Positions 18,601 through 26,758 of a stretch of DNA of 64,000 nt are shown piece by piece. Position 1 is the first letter of the stretch. Every line of letters begins with the position of its first letter. Made by a program: the position numbers and the translations under genes. Source of the DNA: a virus; IMG/VR virus record IMGVR_UViG_3300025881_000010, positions 1-64,000 of that record; one strand, given 5' to 3'. The notes under the pieces are model-generated. The model had not been told where the DNA came from. It was given only the letters and a program-made list of their open reading frames with translations, and did no database searches.

Positions 18601-21598
18601 TTTTCTTAATGAAGCTTCTATAGTTTTTAGCGAAAATTGTACTTGTTTGATCTCGGGCATCCATTCCAAGATTCTCTTCTGAACCTTTAGTTTTATTACG
18701 ATCAATCTTCCAAGCAGATTTTGCATTATCAGCTTTATTACGAGCATCCATTCCTAAAGAAGATGCTTTTTTATACTTCTTAGTTTTGCGAGATTTTATG
18801 AATTCTTTTTCATCATCTGAAACATCTTCATCATCAATATCGTCTGAAGTATCATCATCCTGATTATCTATACTATCATCCGGATTATCGGGATTGTTGT
18901 CTGGATTTTCGGGATTATCAGGATCTATATTATCATCAGTATTAATAGGATTTACTTTATCAATACCAAGCATTTTATTGACGATAGCATTTTTAACAGC
19001 ATCTCTATTTTTAACTCTGATATCTTCTTGACGATTGGTAAGCTCTCCATTATTCATGATAGCTTCAGCAATACCATTTAAAGTTTCAGGACTTACTTCT
19101 CCAGTCTCTTCAAATTGCTTGAAATCTTCATCTGATACTGTTTCATTTTCATCTGTAACAACAGCTTCCTCAGCCATCTGTTCAGCTTCAGCTTCCGCAG
19201 CTTGTTGAGCTTCTTTAGATTTCTTACCTGTTACATTATCAACTTGATCACTTTGAAATTTCTTTTTAGCAACTTTTAGTTCTTCATCAAACCTAGCATT
19301 GATTTCTTTGATATCGGTTTCATCTTCGACACCTTCAAGTTCTGCAGCACGTTGTTCTTCAATACCGGCTTTCGCTTTTTTGAATTCATCATAACCTTTA
19401 GTAGCGTTGTCAATTTTTTCTTCAGCATTCTTCATGAAAGGACTGGTAATATTTTTCAGCCATTTATTGAAGTTAGATCCTGCAGATTTGATTTCTGGCA
19501 ATACACTACTTTTCTCTCCAGCTTTTGTAAAAGCTTTAAAGTCTTTACGAGATAAACCAGTAACAACTATTTCATTCCCAAATTGATCATATTCTACTTC
19601 TACATCAATTGGGTTTGCACGTTTACCTAAAATAAGATTACGTTGATTCTGCATTGCTTCTTGTTGCATTTGACCTAAACCAAAAGCACGTTTTTTGAAC
19701 AAGTCTTTTTCTTGTTGAATCTTCTTTAGAATTTCATTTTGTTCTGATTTGATTTTAGCAGCTTCTTCTCTGGAAACTTTTCCTTCCGGACGAAGACTGT
19801 CAATCATCATATTTAATTTCTCAATACGCTTATTTGCTTGTACCTGATAAGTTTCAATTTGAGATTGAGCATATCCTTCTTCAGCTTTGTTTTGTAACAA
19901 AGCTTGAAGTCCTTTGACATTTAGAAGTTTTCCTTCTTGTTTAACCTTGTCAAATTCTTCATACATCTGATCAAAACGTTTCTTTTCTTCTTCATTGATA
20001 TTTTCGTTTTCTATCAATTTATTCATGAAGTTGTTGTAAACATCTTTTCCTGTTTTTTCATCAATAACAAGATCAGCTATTTGCTTACGAACATGCATTT
20101 CTTGAAATGTAAGTTCTTTTTCAGTTCCTTGCTTTTTAGTTATTTCTTCAAAATTTTTGATTCTATTATGAAGCTTATGAGATTCATCAGCTTTCTTATC
20201 TATAAGATCTCCAATATTAAATACAGAACCACCAAGCGCACCCATAGCTGCAGAAAGAACTATAGTACCTCTGTTTTCTTTAGACTTATAGAATTCCCAA
20301 AAACCTCCCGGATTAAATAGCTTATCATCTCCCTCACCTGTAACCTCAGCAATAGCTTTCTTTTTAGACCATTCTTCAAATGATTCTTGGAAAGTTTCTT
20401 CCAATCCTTCAAATCCAGCTTTACCCGCAACCTTAGCAATACCTTTGATAATAGGAGCAACATCATAACTAAACATTTTAGCAATAGTAGCACTAGAACC
20501 ATTTTTAGCCATATTCATGCCCTTAGTGATAGGGTTAAGTCCTTTAAGTGCTTTCCATCCACCACCGAAAGTAAGTCCAAAAGAAGCCATATCTACAGCC
20601 ATCCAAGCTGCATTGTTTCTAATAGTAGAAGCAGCCATTTGTGAAAGATCATCTTCATTGAAGATTAAATTTCCTTGAGCATCTTTTAAGTCTTTATTAG
20701 AGTTTACAACCTCAGCAGCATTTAATACTCCAGATAAAATGTTACCTGTAAAACCACCACCAATTGCTTCTACTCCCATTCCAGCAGCTTTAGTCAATCC
20801 TTGATCAGAAACAAGCTTACCAATAATACCTTGTCCACTACCAAAAACTTCTTTACCTAAAGCATTTCTTGTAGCATTTTTAGCTACTGTTTTTGCCACT
20901 CCCTCAGCACCTTCTTGAAGACCTTTTTCAACAATACCTTTAGCGATACCACTAGCTGTTCTTTTAGCTAAAGCACCACCACCTTTTGATAAGAATATAA
21001 ATTCTGCAAGTTGAGGTATCATTTCTGCAGCATGAATACTCCAAAATTTAGGATCCATCATAGAACCAAATGTCAAATTCTCAGACATTAGTTCTTCTGG
21101 AATATATGCTTTGTATTTAGATTCTATTTCGGCACCAGTTTCTTGAAGATATCTTGAAAATGGATTTCCTGTAGCAATACTTTGTCCAGGAACAATTGCG
21201 GAAGCAACTTGGATTAAATCTCCAGTTCCTTTTACAATATGTTTACCAACACCTCTGGCTATACTTTTTGCTGATTCTTCCCAAAAATCACGCATGGTAA
21301 ATTCAGCAGACCAAGCATTATTTCCTTTTTCAAGCTCTCCAGTACTTGCTACAGAAACACCACCTAATTGCTCTGAAGCAACTTTAGTATTTCTATTGAC
21401 TTCATTTTCTTGGGGAGTTCCTAAGTCGTCAGGCATTGGCATAGCTTGACCAGCTTGTTGTTGTCCTTGATTTCTATATCTAGGATCTAAATACCTTTCA
21501 TCCGTTCTTTCTTCAGCTAACGACGGGTTTTCGGGGGGAGCTTGCGAACTGGCTTTTTGGGTTTGAGCCTTATTCACAATGTCTAAAAAATCAGGCAT
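9689..21598 (-). CDS. virion-packaged two-barrel RNA polymerase polyprotein with zincin protease domain (crAss-like vRNAP)
   Basis: 3969 aa; SRVP..G and catalytic GSDNDGD (14204-14218); HELSH zincin motif (18281-18295); Gly/Ala hydrophobic N-terminal region; last gene after the ejection genes, as in crAss-like phages. Confidence 0.85.
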   Translation of the reverse strand: MPDFLDIVNKAQTQKASSQAPPENPSLAEERTDERYLDPRYRNQGQQQAGQAMPMPDDLGTPQENEVNRNTKVASEQLGGVSVASTGELEKGNNAWSAEFTMRDFWEESAKSIARGVGKHIVKGTGDLIQVASAIVPGQSIATGNPFSRYLQETGAEIESKYKAYIPEELMSENLTFGSMMDPKFWSIHAAEMIPQLAEFIFLSKGGGALAKRTASGIAKGIVEKGLQEGAEGVAKTVAKNATRNALGKEVFGSGQGIIGKLVSDQGLTKAAGMGVEAIGGGFTGNILSGVLNAAEVVNSNKDLKDAQGNLIFNEDDLSQMAASTIRNNAAWMAVDMASFGLTFGGGWKALKGLNPITKGMNMAKNGSSATIAKMFSYDVAPIIKGIAKVAGKAGFEGLEETFQESFEEWSKKKAIAEVTGEGDDKLFNPGGFWEFYKSKENRGTIVLSAAMGALGGSVFNIGDLIDKKADESHKLHNRIKNFEEITKKQGTEKELTFQEMHVRKQIADLVIDEKTGKDVYNNFMNKLIENENINEEEKKRFDQMYEEFDKVKQEGKLLNVKGLQALLQNKAEEGYAQSQIETYQVQANKRIEKLNMMIDSLRPEGKVSREEAAKIKSEQNEILKKIQQEKDLFKKRAFGLGQMQQEAMQNQRNLILGKRANPIDVEVEYDQFGNEIVVTGLSRKDFKAFTKAGEKSSVLPEIKSAGSNFNKWLKNITSPFMKNAEEKIDNATKGYDEFKKAKAGIEEQRAAELEGVEDETDIKEINARFDEELKVAKKKFQSDQVDNVTGKKSKEAQQAAEAEAEQMAEEAVVTDENETVSDEDFKQFEETGEVSPETLNGIAEAIMNNGELTNRQEDIRVKNRDAVKNAIVNKMLGIDKVNPINTDDNIDPDNPENPDNNPDNPDDSIDNQDDDTSDDIDDEDVSDDEKEFIKSRKTKKYKKASSLGMDARNKADNAKSAWKIDRNKTKGSEENLGMDARDQTSTIFAKNYRSFIKKMKFLSKLSRSRISTQTNISQNELDNYLNSSTMYNEMGPSNLDKMVLVNHQLKRMFPENLKDPAQVIIVKNMYEAIGSVGVGHSLAATMFIDEKAWEQDWVFMHELSHIYYKLAKDAPETQEILKMALANKELVREIRSKYDDLTLYQLGNERYTKGQFFEMFKSDGVKDEDLESELAKYLSLEDDGISTVPLNEQHYLLEEMFTRALQNPLADNFDKIFSQKEAKRQKEVKKFWGMLRRKGEVIEDGENGVQQMIRKLADDQTNVPKGNPKNFILDTFKAVTEGIKMDGIGMDARVGKIKTQRAAKLDDIRQRMSKTIKKDPDKLWEEKFDQDYMDEYEDELEETGNPFSAKEFKQQAKGASKIIKRFGIIYNKSIRRKFLKDNVSRRDVDLNEEPLFERHLFESEMYNLAKESKSAVDFIYQVENSAIKEMIDFNDFLDKTKKDDKLQLLNGMYFVFSNAKHVNGIRNVIKKGSDGEIIHEMHDSLSIREKNITNNVIANLREKLDGKTEQWANFRQSVLNIQKGVETESDYFNVINNLTDGSFNEARFWKSGYITYDGLNIPIETLVSGYLKRDYVYNRFENGTYNKESLYVYGFRNLVEALQNTNRKYTEYSSVLNAEGNMEQSRIANNHMTNEIDNMVEYLHGQDGAGKPTLDQFMDRYSHTGSKFKKRKSTTAMGEASLSKIYKAVDPNGIKRVPSETTLQEQFPQIDKNDIKKMRTFLLKDKKGSRVSEAAFNKEFKDSIFENRDNKAYHNNEFLVNIYNNFQNGQIPQISQYHGLEDIDNKKSSLFKNSTALEQGVEDLLTFLNTSTGDNGKRLRQYLGNMGTFSDSPRKFFMNMNRIKYDQVFDENGHWQTDGKILNNAFNLASAMFPDNSVTNNKAAFKKSIIEAMQNEVKFIEDNLNELSNVKSLKPYIRDKGNGNYILNKEGKKMVGEYVMNNIVHGLNVADVFLPGVTGKGILKRMKANSSPILSIKNPEFKSEFLFFADEIVNGSIAGSDSGMYILKEQAEKLQKVGQGVFDMNNGFKLLNSHIEKNNPNFEGKLGYLKGYTTIVDENHWAYPMMKARMDKYNQWHEKQYGQLPSDNYNDGTPNHLIIAMPQSSDKSNFAKQKFYNDDTMEYTEEGQRMAPSSLKQDWSHVDKMQDDLYYDDKGNFVGLETYNFGPQQVMDKITKSSNTPVQMVNSIMVNAALNGEMDLAIEIQQHLSDQKMKALDVISKDLASGQIDKYKEIIDRELNKEDMDQAQRHILEDKLGSVAHPYVNEIAVNQLAKMILRAGNKLKTPGTNAHQKPDTGYNLNATVSSVPTLLGYEKNIDGSLSPAHMILPKHMAQEAEAREDVTRYTHKSELDRIRKSYKNDFTKEQELDALKSLTVRKAKRRAFQETGNQDNYEKFMGAVNNKSGVPIGFYVKGETVMASRVPGHGPSSTGVFEVIGFDESSDGNQVMVPGEFNEIIGSDNDGDSLFIQKRGDKKEYADWNKAFDKLTQYWLSPKMAEQIQTKMDIKKVAQPALEKVQSVFSQSAKDKAPFSPEQRRQDYSNTMVSKRNIGKIFNLHKIANLLAAYETPLKKGFVIGNNKYNTFRDTVSGDLSRNQQSAVLANIILDNAKHGYADAFGFDEHNMAQATLLINLGVSLEDTALILNSDAAKAWSEANRNNSSLFHSSKKTSALINDVYQKLGFKKRPKNVDLKINIENIKDKSQQPAILETLINLSQVNGDLQKISAIMSGHNKIHVNPFVLNQQIQDFSKTLKESEHLTFNSEFGKNPDIQQYLRTAEEALKHSEKLNPVYRPATKKVLEALTRKLGGELSTMEIENISKDLLKFNTSRLIGLNNISKAYVQDLLNEKSETSIFKKMTEFVNDLKMAQEENVDDPSKTVSRFHNSVLFRKALNMNLSGDNQYISASSSMVDESFTAEERTRIQEEFEELPTSLQDDLILYDMVQHGWKDKRSMAPFFGRETSDWISYASNEDAVNKNVAKVPKEITDKLETIIALKQSMSKNNSFPKVYLKSQTDFRATNDVIRQIIQNKAIQKAITENWQPMYINVRQQGKTALYELPQFDAREIMQLQAINDSGRRNVEVLKMAAEKIRHIPNTLSYNENTRNGKKSRIYNPEIDIAMIEDIANTYSPYKTTPDYSKKKNVEGLVEANLSYQDRANRLKDKMTKSSVVSGMDAREDFDIPLFRKEQALTQQEYERSMEFNSLVPNSTRTGMYEQYLKSKKEANRIAQELVPNIPNLSEEDLMELYQDHGNKDVYAYSIVITPIVQELASRLAISQSELWKDGTEGKGYDGKDVNRLQAYMMTGSTIPSNHPSAQAMARILEKEYKTFIGEKRKYMTEINKATDALYKDRLGYGTNRSLKNVIFRLKDFFGIGAQNVYDKLYGNLVVRQRVEDKKGNITYDFKLKSKEDIAAAFARGEISKAENDFYNVFKKTTSELMPAKVIEKRKEDYIPHTSMTRLEKFSARGLLGLMANSRSENEALSDVKMNFKDEYGEEKLMSFRQIEDSFKRYSGQDKYKNDIGKIVEYRNLKKKALKLLKEGKNEDGTPIKYDRVGIETALGFGAINRFTNNRSVTAEELPSMDLNKALSDYVHATLFVNGNSKFKGMEKLQSYIDGVLAFNRDNNFQYMNEHVQTVWKDYFTRGKRQTSLLGEKTDKVIRTLTNLNLFYALGYQANKNTGGLYVLGNIAVGKYHNIKDVGGKTWINGELKYWGLDKGFEGGIEGVLNRHKRMSRIMKNLNFMDINVYDEVNIEKQNGLDKVFSELALMPMTKSEEWIQRVHMIGLLNEDILNKFDDEGNYKKGESEVDNELLVQLEDKVKQSHGRGYQPTDQRAVQMYSWGNMMMQFSKFIPTMIQDRFAKKDVNIYGQETIGSLRAVGNMVREVVNDPSGFVEYRNKLSKEERAKLDSGLRGMAMSTVIGFAGAALSSNLATNLFGDANYYINHPKLSNKMIPPAIQSTNNFISELF

Positions 21599-21627
21599 AG
21601 TGTTATTGGGTTTAATTTATGTTAAAA

Positions 21628-21635
21628 CAAATATA
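21628..21635 (-). promoter_or_regulatory. Bacteroidota-type -7 promoter element TATATTTG upstream of vRNAP
   Basis: Matches TAnnTTTG; followed by TTTTAAC as at 49113 and 54276. Confidence 0.65.
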
Positions 21636-21665
21636 AAAAAAGCAACCTACAAAGGGTTGCTTTTC
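21635..21665. terminator. intrinsic terminator
   Basis: AAAAAGCAACC-TACAAAG-GGTTGCTTTTT. Confidence 0.75.
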
Positions 21666-21691
21666 ATATATATACTATAAGAAAGCAAATA

Positions 21692-23602
21692 TTAGAGTAT
21701 GCCTAAAATTTGTTTCCATTTTTGTGCTAATTCTAAGTTACGTTTATATCCAAGTGAACCTTCTTCTTGATCGCTATTCATAGTATCTAGCCATGATGCG
21801 ATAATAGTTTCAGGAGAATTACCTTGCTCATATTTTTTAAGCAATTCATTAATTCCTCCTTGTGCTGCAGCTACACTAAAAATATTGTTGTCAACACTTT
21901 TTTGTACTCTGGTAGGATCTACATTACCATCTCCACCACTTAAATGATCAAAAGCCATGTAGAATGATTTCATCATATCATAACGATTACTTTGTCCAGC
22001 ACTATTAGCACCAAAGTATTCTTCACCTTCACCTTTGAAAGCATCATTATTGAAAACTTTAGTTTCCAACATGTTCTTAGCAGATTCAAATTGAACTTGT
22101 TGTTCAGTTTCAAGATTTTTAGCGCTATTAATAAGTTGTAAACCTTCATTCTGCATCTGGACAGTTTCAGTAATATCGTCTGCAGGCATTAATTGAGAAA
22201 GTTTAGTTTGCATCATAGGATCTGCGATATCTACTTTCTTATAAAAAATTTCGCCATCTTCATCTTGAAGGGCAATAACCGTAGCCATTTTTACATTGTT
22301 AGTATATCCAGCTTCCATTTTAGCATTAGACTTTTTATCAATTTTTCCATCAGATTCATATCGGTCCATAAGCAAAGCATCAGTTTCATCACTATCCATA
22401 TAAGATTCTAAAGCTGTAGAAACTCCAAGAATTTTAAAGTTACCTCTGTAATCTTCAGGATCTATAGAATTGTTACCGGTAACTTTCACACCATCTTCAC
22501 GATACATATCTTCAGTAGGTGCAAATCCCATTACCATTCCGTTCTTAATTTCAAATCCCGGAAGTACACTACTTACAATTTCATTTTCATGCCCTGGGAA
22601 TACATGATATCCTTCTTTAAGACCTAACCATTCATCATCTATCCAATCTGAATCTTTAGACTTAGCAGTAAATTTATCTTTGATCATTACTGCAGCGGCC
22701 TTATTAGTTCTTTTTAAGTTTTCTATTAACTTACCATCATAGCCACCTTCAGAACTTGGTTGGTTAATACGAGATACATTAATATCGCGATCAACTCCAG
22801 CGACAAAAGTATTGTACATATTAAGATAACTTTTACGTTTTGGATCCGATTCTTTTGCATATTTAGCTTTTGCGGCAGCTTCAGTAGCGGCAGCTTTAAT
22901 TTTAGCAGTGTTACTTCCTAAACCACCATATCCCATTTTTTTACCAAACTGAACTAATTGCTCCCATGTTGGTTCTGGACGATCAGGATATGTGATACCA
23001 TAATTGGCACGAACTTTCATCATGTTACTCTTATGAGTAAGTATATTTTCTATTGGCATTTCAGTACCATAATCAAATAATTCTGAAGGTGGTATTTCTA
23101 CCTCAGCCATCATACCTTTATAACTAATTTCAGAACCATCATCTAAATTATAATAATCCTCCACTGATTTTAAATCAGTAGGAGAGATTAAATGACCTAA
23201 TCCTTTCTCCTGAGCCATTCTTATTTTAGCAAGATTTTCAGAATTTTGACGATAGCGTTGAGCTTCTTCTGATTCTAAAATACCGTTTTTAATTTTATTG
23301 GTATATGAAGCACCACCATTAGCCATAAAATCAGCTTTAGAACCACCATATTTTGCCATCTGATCTCTAAGTTCAGATTGCATAATTTTAGCTCTATTGT
23401 TAATTCTATTGCGATCCTTTTCAAGCATGCCACGAGATTCCTCATATATTTTTTGAAAGGATTCTTCTTGCATTCTTTGTGCTTCAACACTAGCTGCCTT
23501 GTCTTGATTGACACGCTGATCCATTCTTTCTAATACAGAAAGTTGTTGAACCGCAGCTTCACGTTTATCAGGGCTTTGAGCCAGTCCTTGAAGTCCGTAC
23601 AT
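21692..23602 (-). CDS. putative ejection (cargo) protein
   Basis: Helical, M/Q/G-rich; lies between muzzle and vRNAP. Confidence 0.6.
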   Translation of the reverse strand: MYGLQGLAQSPDKREAAVQQLSVLERMDQRVNQDKAASVEAQRMQEESFQKIYEESRGMLEKDRNRINNRAKIMQSELRDQMAKYGGSKADFMANGGASYTNKIKNGILESEEAQRYRQNSENLAKIRMAQEKGLGHLISPTDLKSVEDYYNLDDGSEISYKGMMAEVEIPPSELFDYGTEMPIENILTHKSNMMKVRANYGITYPDRPEPTWEQLVQFGKKMGYGGLGSNTAKIKAAATEAAAKAKYAKESDPKRKSYLNMYNTFVAGVDRDINVSRINQPSSEGGYDGKLIENLKRTNKAAAVMIKDKFTAKSKDSDWIDDEWLGLKEGYHVFPGHENEIVSSVLPGFEIKNGMVMGFAPTEDMYREDGVKVTGNNSIDPEDYRGNFKILGVSTALESYMDSDETDALLMDRYESDGKIDKKSNAKMEAGYTNNVKMATVIALQDEDGEIFYKKVDIADPMMQTKLSQLMPADDITETVQMQNEGLQLINSAKNLETEQQVQFESAKNMLETKVFNNDAFKGEGEEYFGANSAGQSNRYDMMKSFYMAFDHLSGGDGNVDPTRVQKSVDNNIFSVAAAQGGINELLKKYEQGNSPETIIASWLDTMNSDQEEGSLGYKRNLELAQKWKQILGIL

Positions 23603-23603
23603 A

Positions 23604-26018
23604 TTATTGGGTTTTATAGTAATCGTTCATACTTGCTATTTGATTTTCTAAACCTGAAGCTAAACCGGGAGGGGCAATTCCCGGCGTAGCAAGCTGTGGA
23701 GCAACACCTCGATTCTGGGGCGAATTCGGTTGAGGCATTGTTTCTGCTTTTAATTCAGGCTGAGCAAGACCATTCATAGGTAGGGTTACTGGATTAACCG
23801 TTGCTCTTTGGAGTTGGGGAGAAGGGGGCAGATTAAGTTGTAATGGTTCATCAGTAAAAGGTTTAGGTTGAGGTAATGTAGAAGCTACTTCTTCTACAGG
23901 ACGTTTACCACCGGCCAAAGCTTCTTCTCTACTCATTGCTAATAAACCATAATTTCCAGTTTGTTTAGCTAGATCTATATTATCCATGTTGATACTAGCT
24001 AAATCTATCTCGGGATTTTGTTGCATGAAATCTATCATCTTTTCTGCATTACCAAAATCTCTACTTCCATTAGCCATTAAATTATCCACAACACTTTGTT
24101 GTGTAGAATTTAAATTACGGAAACGTTTATCGAATTTTTCTGCTTGCATCTTTTCATCTGCAAGAATACCAATATTTTTTTCATAATGACTACGAGTTCC
24201 TTTTTTTGTTCCACTACCATCATCTTTCATGTTAGGATCAAAACCAAACATATCTTGCATCAAATAACTTTTGTACATATGATTGGCACTTCCAGGACCA
24301 TTCTCTCTCGCATATTGTAAATCATTAATCATGCTTGCAAATCCAGCGTTAGCAACTTGCTCACCTCGATTTCTTTTAAGCATAGCTTCTTGATATTTAA
24401 TACCATGATTAGCTACATCTCTATTGGTATCAAAATCATTGATATACTTTACCGCTTCACCATATTGCTGAAATGCTTTTTCTTTAGCTTCATAATCAGC
24501 AATTTCCATATCTATAATACCTCTAGTTTTAGCAACTTCAAGCATTCCTTGATTACCAAGAATTGTAGCTCTGTTCCCAGCTGAAGCATTGACAATATTT
24601 CTAAGACCACCATCATAAGCTTCAGTAATATTATTTGCCATTTGAGCTTCTTTCTCAGGTGGCAATCCTATTTTAGATCTTCTTGCTAATTCTGCAGTAA
24701 GGTTTTTTACAGCTTCAGAAACTTGTTCTTCTCTTAAAGGTATATCTACCTCAGAAGCCATTTTATTACCTATTAATCCCATTGCCATTCCAGATACAGC
24801 ATCTAAAGGCAACATTGGATTAAAATTCTTTTTATCATAACCAAGTCCACTTGGTTCTGGAGCATTTAATCGAGCGTCTAAAATATCAGAAGTAAGACCT
24901 TTATTATTTTCAGAAACTTTAATCTTAGAACTTGTAGTTTCATCTCCAGTTTTTGCCGCACTTGTTTCCGAAGTACTCTTATCTGCAGGAACATCTTCAA
25001 CAACTGTTTGTTTTGCTTGAGGTGGAAATTCTGAAGGATTTATTAAAGTACGTGGAGTATAATCTTCTTGATTAACTTTTAATTGTGTGGAAGATTTATT
25101 TTTTCCTACAGCTGTTGATTCTGTTACTGTTTTTGGAAATATATTTTTATCGTTTTTATTTTTAGAACGATTTTTCCAAGACTCTAAGTCTTTATCTAAA
25201 TTGGATTTTTCTCTACCAGATTTAGATAAAGCTTTATCTTTTTCTTTCTGACTGTTTTGCTCTTTTATATAATCATTGAAAATCTCAACATCTCCGTTGT
25301 TTGAGATTTCCTGATACAATTCTCTTCTTGCTAATTCTTTAGTTTTTGTATCAACATCCATATTACTGATTGCTGAATCTCTTTTAACATAATCTGACTT
25401 TCGCTGATCAATTGTTTTTACAATTTTTTTTTCAGCCTCAGTAAGCACATCACCTCTTTTAGATCTTGCCATTACATCTTTAGTAACATCAATCTTATCT
25501 AAACCTTTTTCTGATAAAGCAGAATTATAAGTATCAAGATATTTTTGCATTGCTACATTATCTACAGTAGCACCATCTACACCTTTTTCAGTAGATTTTC
25601 TGTATGCAGATTTACCTTGTGTAATAGCTCTTTTAGCAACTTCCGGAGATTGGAAATGATAAAACATTGTCATTTCCTCTAAGCTTAAATTTTCAGGATT
25701 TTTACCACTATCATATACTTCCATTGCTTTAGGAAGAATATCATTCTTTACATAGTGTTCAAAATAAGATTCTTGGAAAGCTGGAGAATTTATGAAATCT
25801 TCATAATTATCAGCTTTAAATCCATTGGCTTTACCAAATTTGGTAATTTCTTTCCACCAATATTTAGGAACAAATTGATATTTACCTAACGCATTGGATT
25901 GTTCATTAATAGCTTGATATCCCTTTCTAGGAGATTCAACTTTACTGATTCCAATTTTTAAATTTTGGACGATACGGTTAAGTGCTTGAGGACTTAAATT
26001 GAATGAAGGTTTCGGCAT
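23604..26018 (-). CDS. ejection protein with N-terminal lysozyme/lytic transglycosylase-like domain
   Basis: ISKVES..YQAIN..NALGKYQF motif; Pro/Gln-rich C-terminus. Confidence 0.75.
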   Translation of the reverse strand: MPKPSFNLSPQALNRIVQNLKIGISKVESPRKGYQAINEQSNALGKYQFVPKYWWKEITKFGKANGFKADNYEDFINSPAFQESYFEHYVKNDILPKAMEVYDSGKNPENLSLEEMTMFYHFQSPEVAKRAITQGKSAYRKSTEKGVDGATVDNVAMQKYLDTYNSALSEKGLDKIDVTKDVMARSKRGDVLTEAEKKIVKTIDQRKSDYVKRDSAISNMDVDTKTKELARRELYQEISNNGDVEIFNDYIKEQNSQKEKDKALSKSGREKSNLDKDLESWKNRSKNKNDKNIFPKTVTESTAVGKNKSSTQLKVNQEDYTPRTLINPSEFPPQAKQTVVEDVPADKSTSETSAAKTGDETTSSKIKVSENNKGLTSDILDARLNAPEPSGLGYDKKNFNPMLPLDAVSGMAMGLIGNKMASEVDIPLREEQVSEAVKNLTAELARRSKIGLPPEKEAQMANNITEAYDGGLRNIVNASAGNRATILGNQGMLEVAKTRGIIDMEIADYEAKEKAFQQYGEAVKYINDFDTNRDVANHGIKYQEAMLKRNRGEQVANAGFASMINDLQYARENGPGSANHMYKSYLMQDMFGFDPNMKDDGSGTKKGTRSHYEKNIGILADEKMQAEKFDKRFRNLNSTQQSVVDNLMANGSRDFGNAEKMIDFMQQNPEIDLASINMDNIDLAKQTGNYGLLAMSREEALAGGKRPVEEVASTLPQPKPFTDEPLQLNLPPSPQLQRATVNPVTLPMNGLAQPELKAETMPQPNSPQNRGVAPQLATPGIAPPGLASGLENQIASMNDYYKTQ

Positions 26019-26030
26019 GATATGAGGGGT

Positions 26031-26750
26031 TTATCCTAGTAATCCTAATTGTTTTTTATTTTGTGATTTCATAGCTTCAAGGGTATCTAATCCTTCAGCC
26101 ATACGATATTCATCTTCACGTTTTTTCTTTTCAAAGTAACTTTCTTTTGCCCCCTTTTCTTTAGCTACTCTTAATCTTCCACGATTTCTTGCTTTCCCGG
26201 CAATTACTCCAGATAAAAATGGAGCCGCTATTGTTAGACCTTTTTCAAAATCTGTAGCATCTTCACTTTTAAGTGTTTCTAATTGTCCTGAAAATGGATC
26301 TACAATTCCAGAAGCTATATCTCCACCGCTTTCACCCCCCATAGCAGTACCGATATTCTTAGCTCCTTTTTCTACAGCTCTACCCGCAGCCATCCAAGGA
26401 TTTGTTTGAGCAGCCATATCTTTAACTCCTTCCATTGCCATCATTTGATTTTGCAATTTAGGATCATAATCATATCTATTCATAAAACCTGCATTACTGC
26501 CACCGGAACTCTCTGAAAGAGTTCCAACGGCATCTCCTAATAAACCACCAATTTTACTTTGTGGTTTAGCAGCATTAGCAATTTTATTCTGTTGACTCAT
26601 TTCTAAACCAGAAGTATCAATTTGATTTAATTCAGGTTTAGAAAATGATAGTGAATTAGTTTTTAAAGAAGATACGGATTGAACCTGATCTCTTTGAGCT
26701 TCGGGTTGTCCGAACCTATCAAAAAATTCATTTAAGGCTGTATCGTACAT
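26031..26750 (-). CDS. small ejection protein
   Basis: Gly/Ala/Met-rich amphipathic segments; position. Confidence 0.55.
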   Translation of the reverse strand: MYDTALNEFFDRFGQPEAQRDQVQSVSSLKTNSLSFSKPELNQIDTSGLEMSQQNKIANAAKPQSKIGGLLGDAVGTLSESSGGSNAGFMNRYDYDPKLQNQMMAMEGVKDMAAQTNPWMAAGRAVEKGAKNIGTAMGGESGGDIASGIVDPFSGQLETLKSEDATDFEKGLTIAAPFLSGVIAGKARNRGRLRVAKEKGAKESYFEKKKREDEYRMAEGLDTLEAMKSQNKKQLGLLG

Positions 26751-26758
26751 ATTGTAGG

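Noticed and set aside
18820-18940. DNPENPDNNPDNPDD/acidic repeats in vRNAP
   Set aside because: Ordinary low-complexity linker ahead of the first GMDAR site.
12017-20644. Short + strand and alternative-frame ORFs within the vRNAP gene (and similar ones over other long genes)
   Set aside because: Shadow ORFs of a long AT-rich gene with no motifs; several begin at non-ATG codons.
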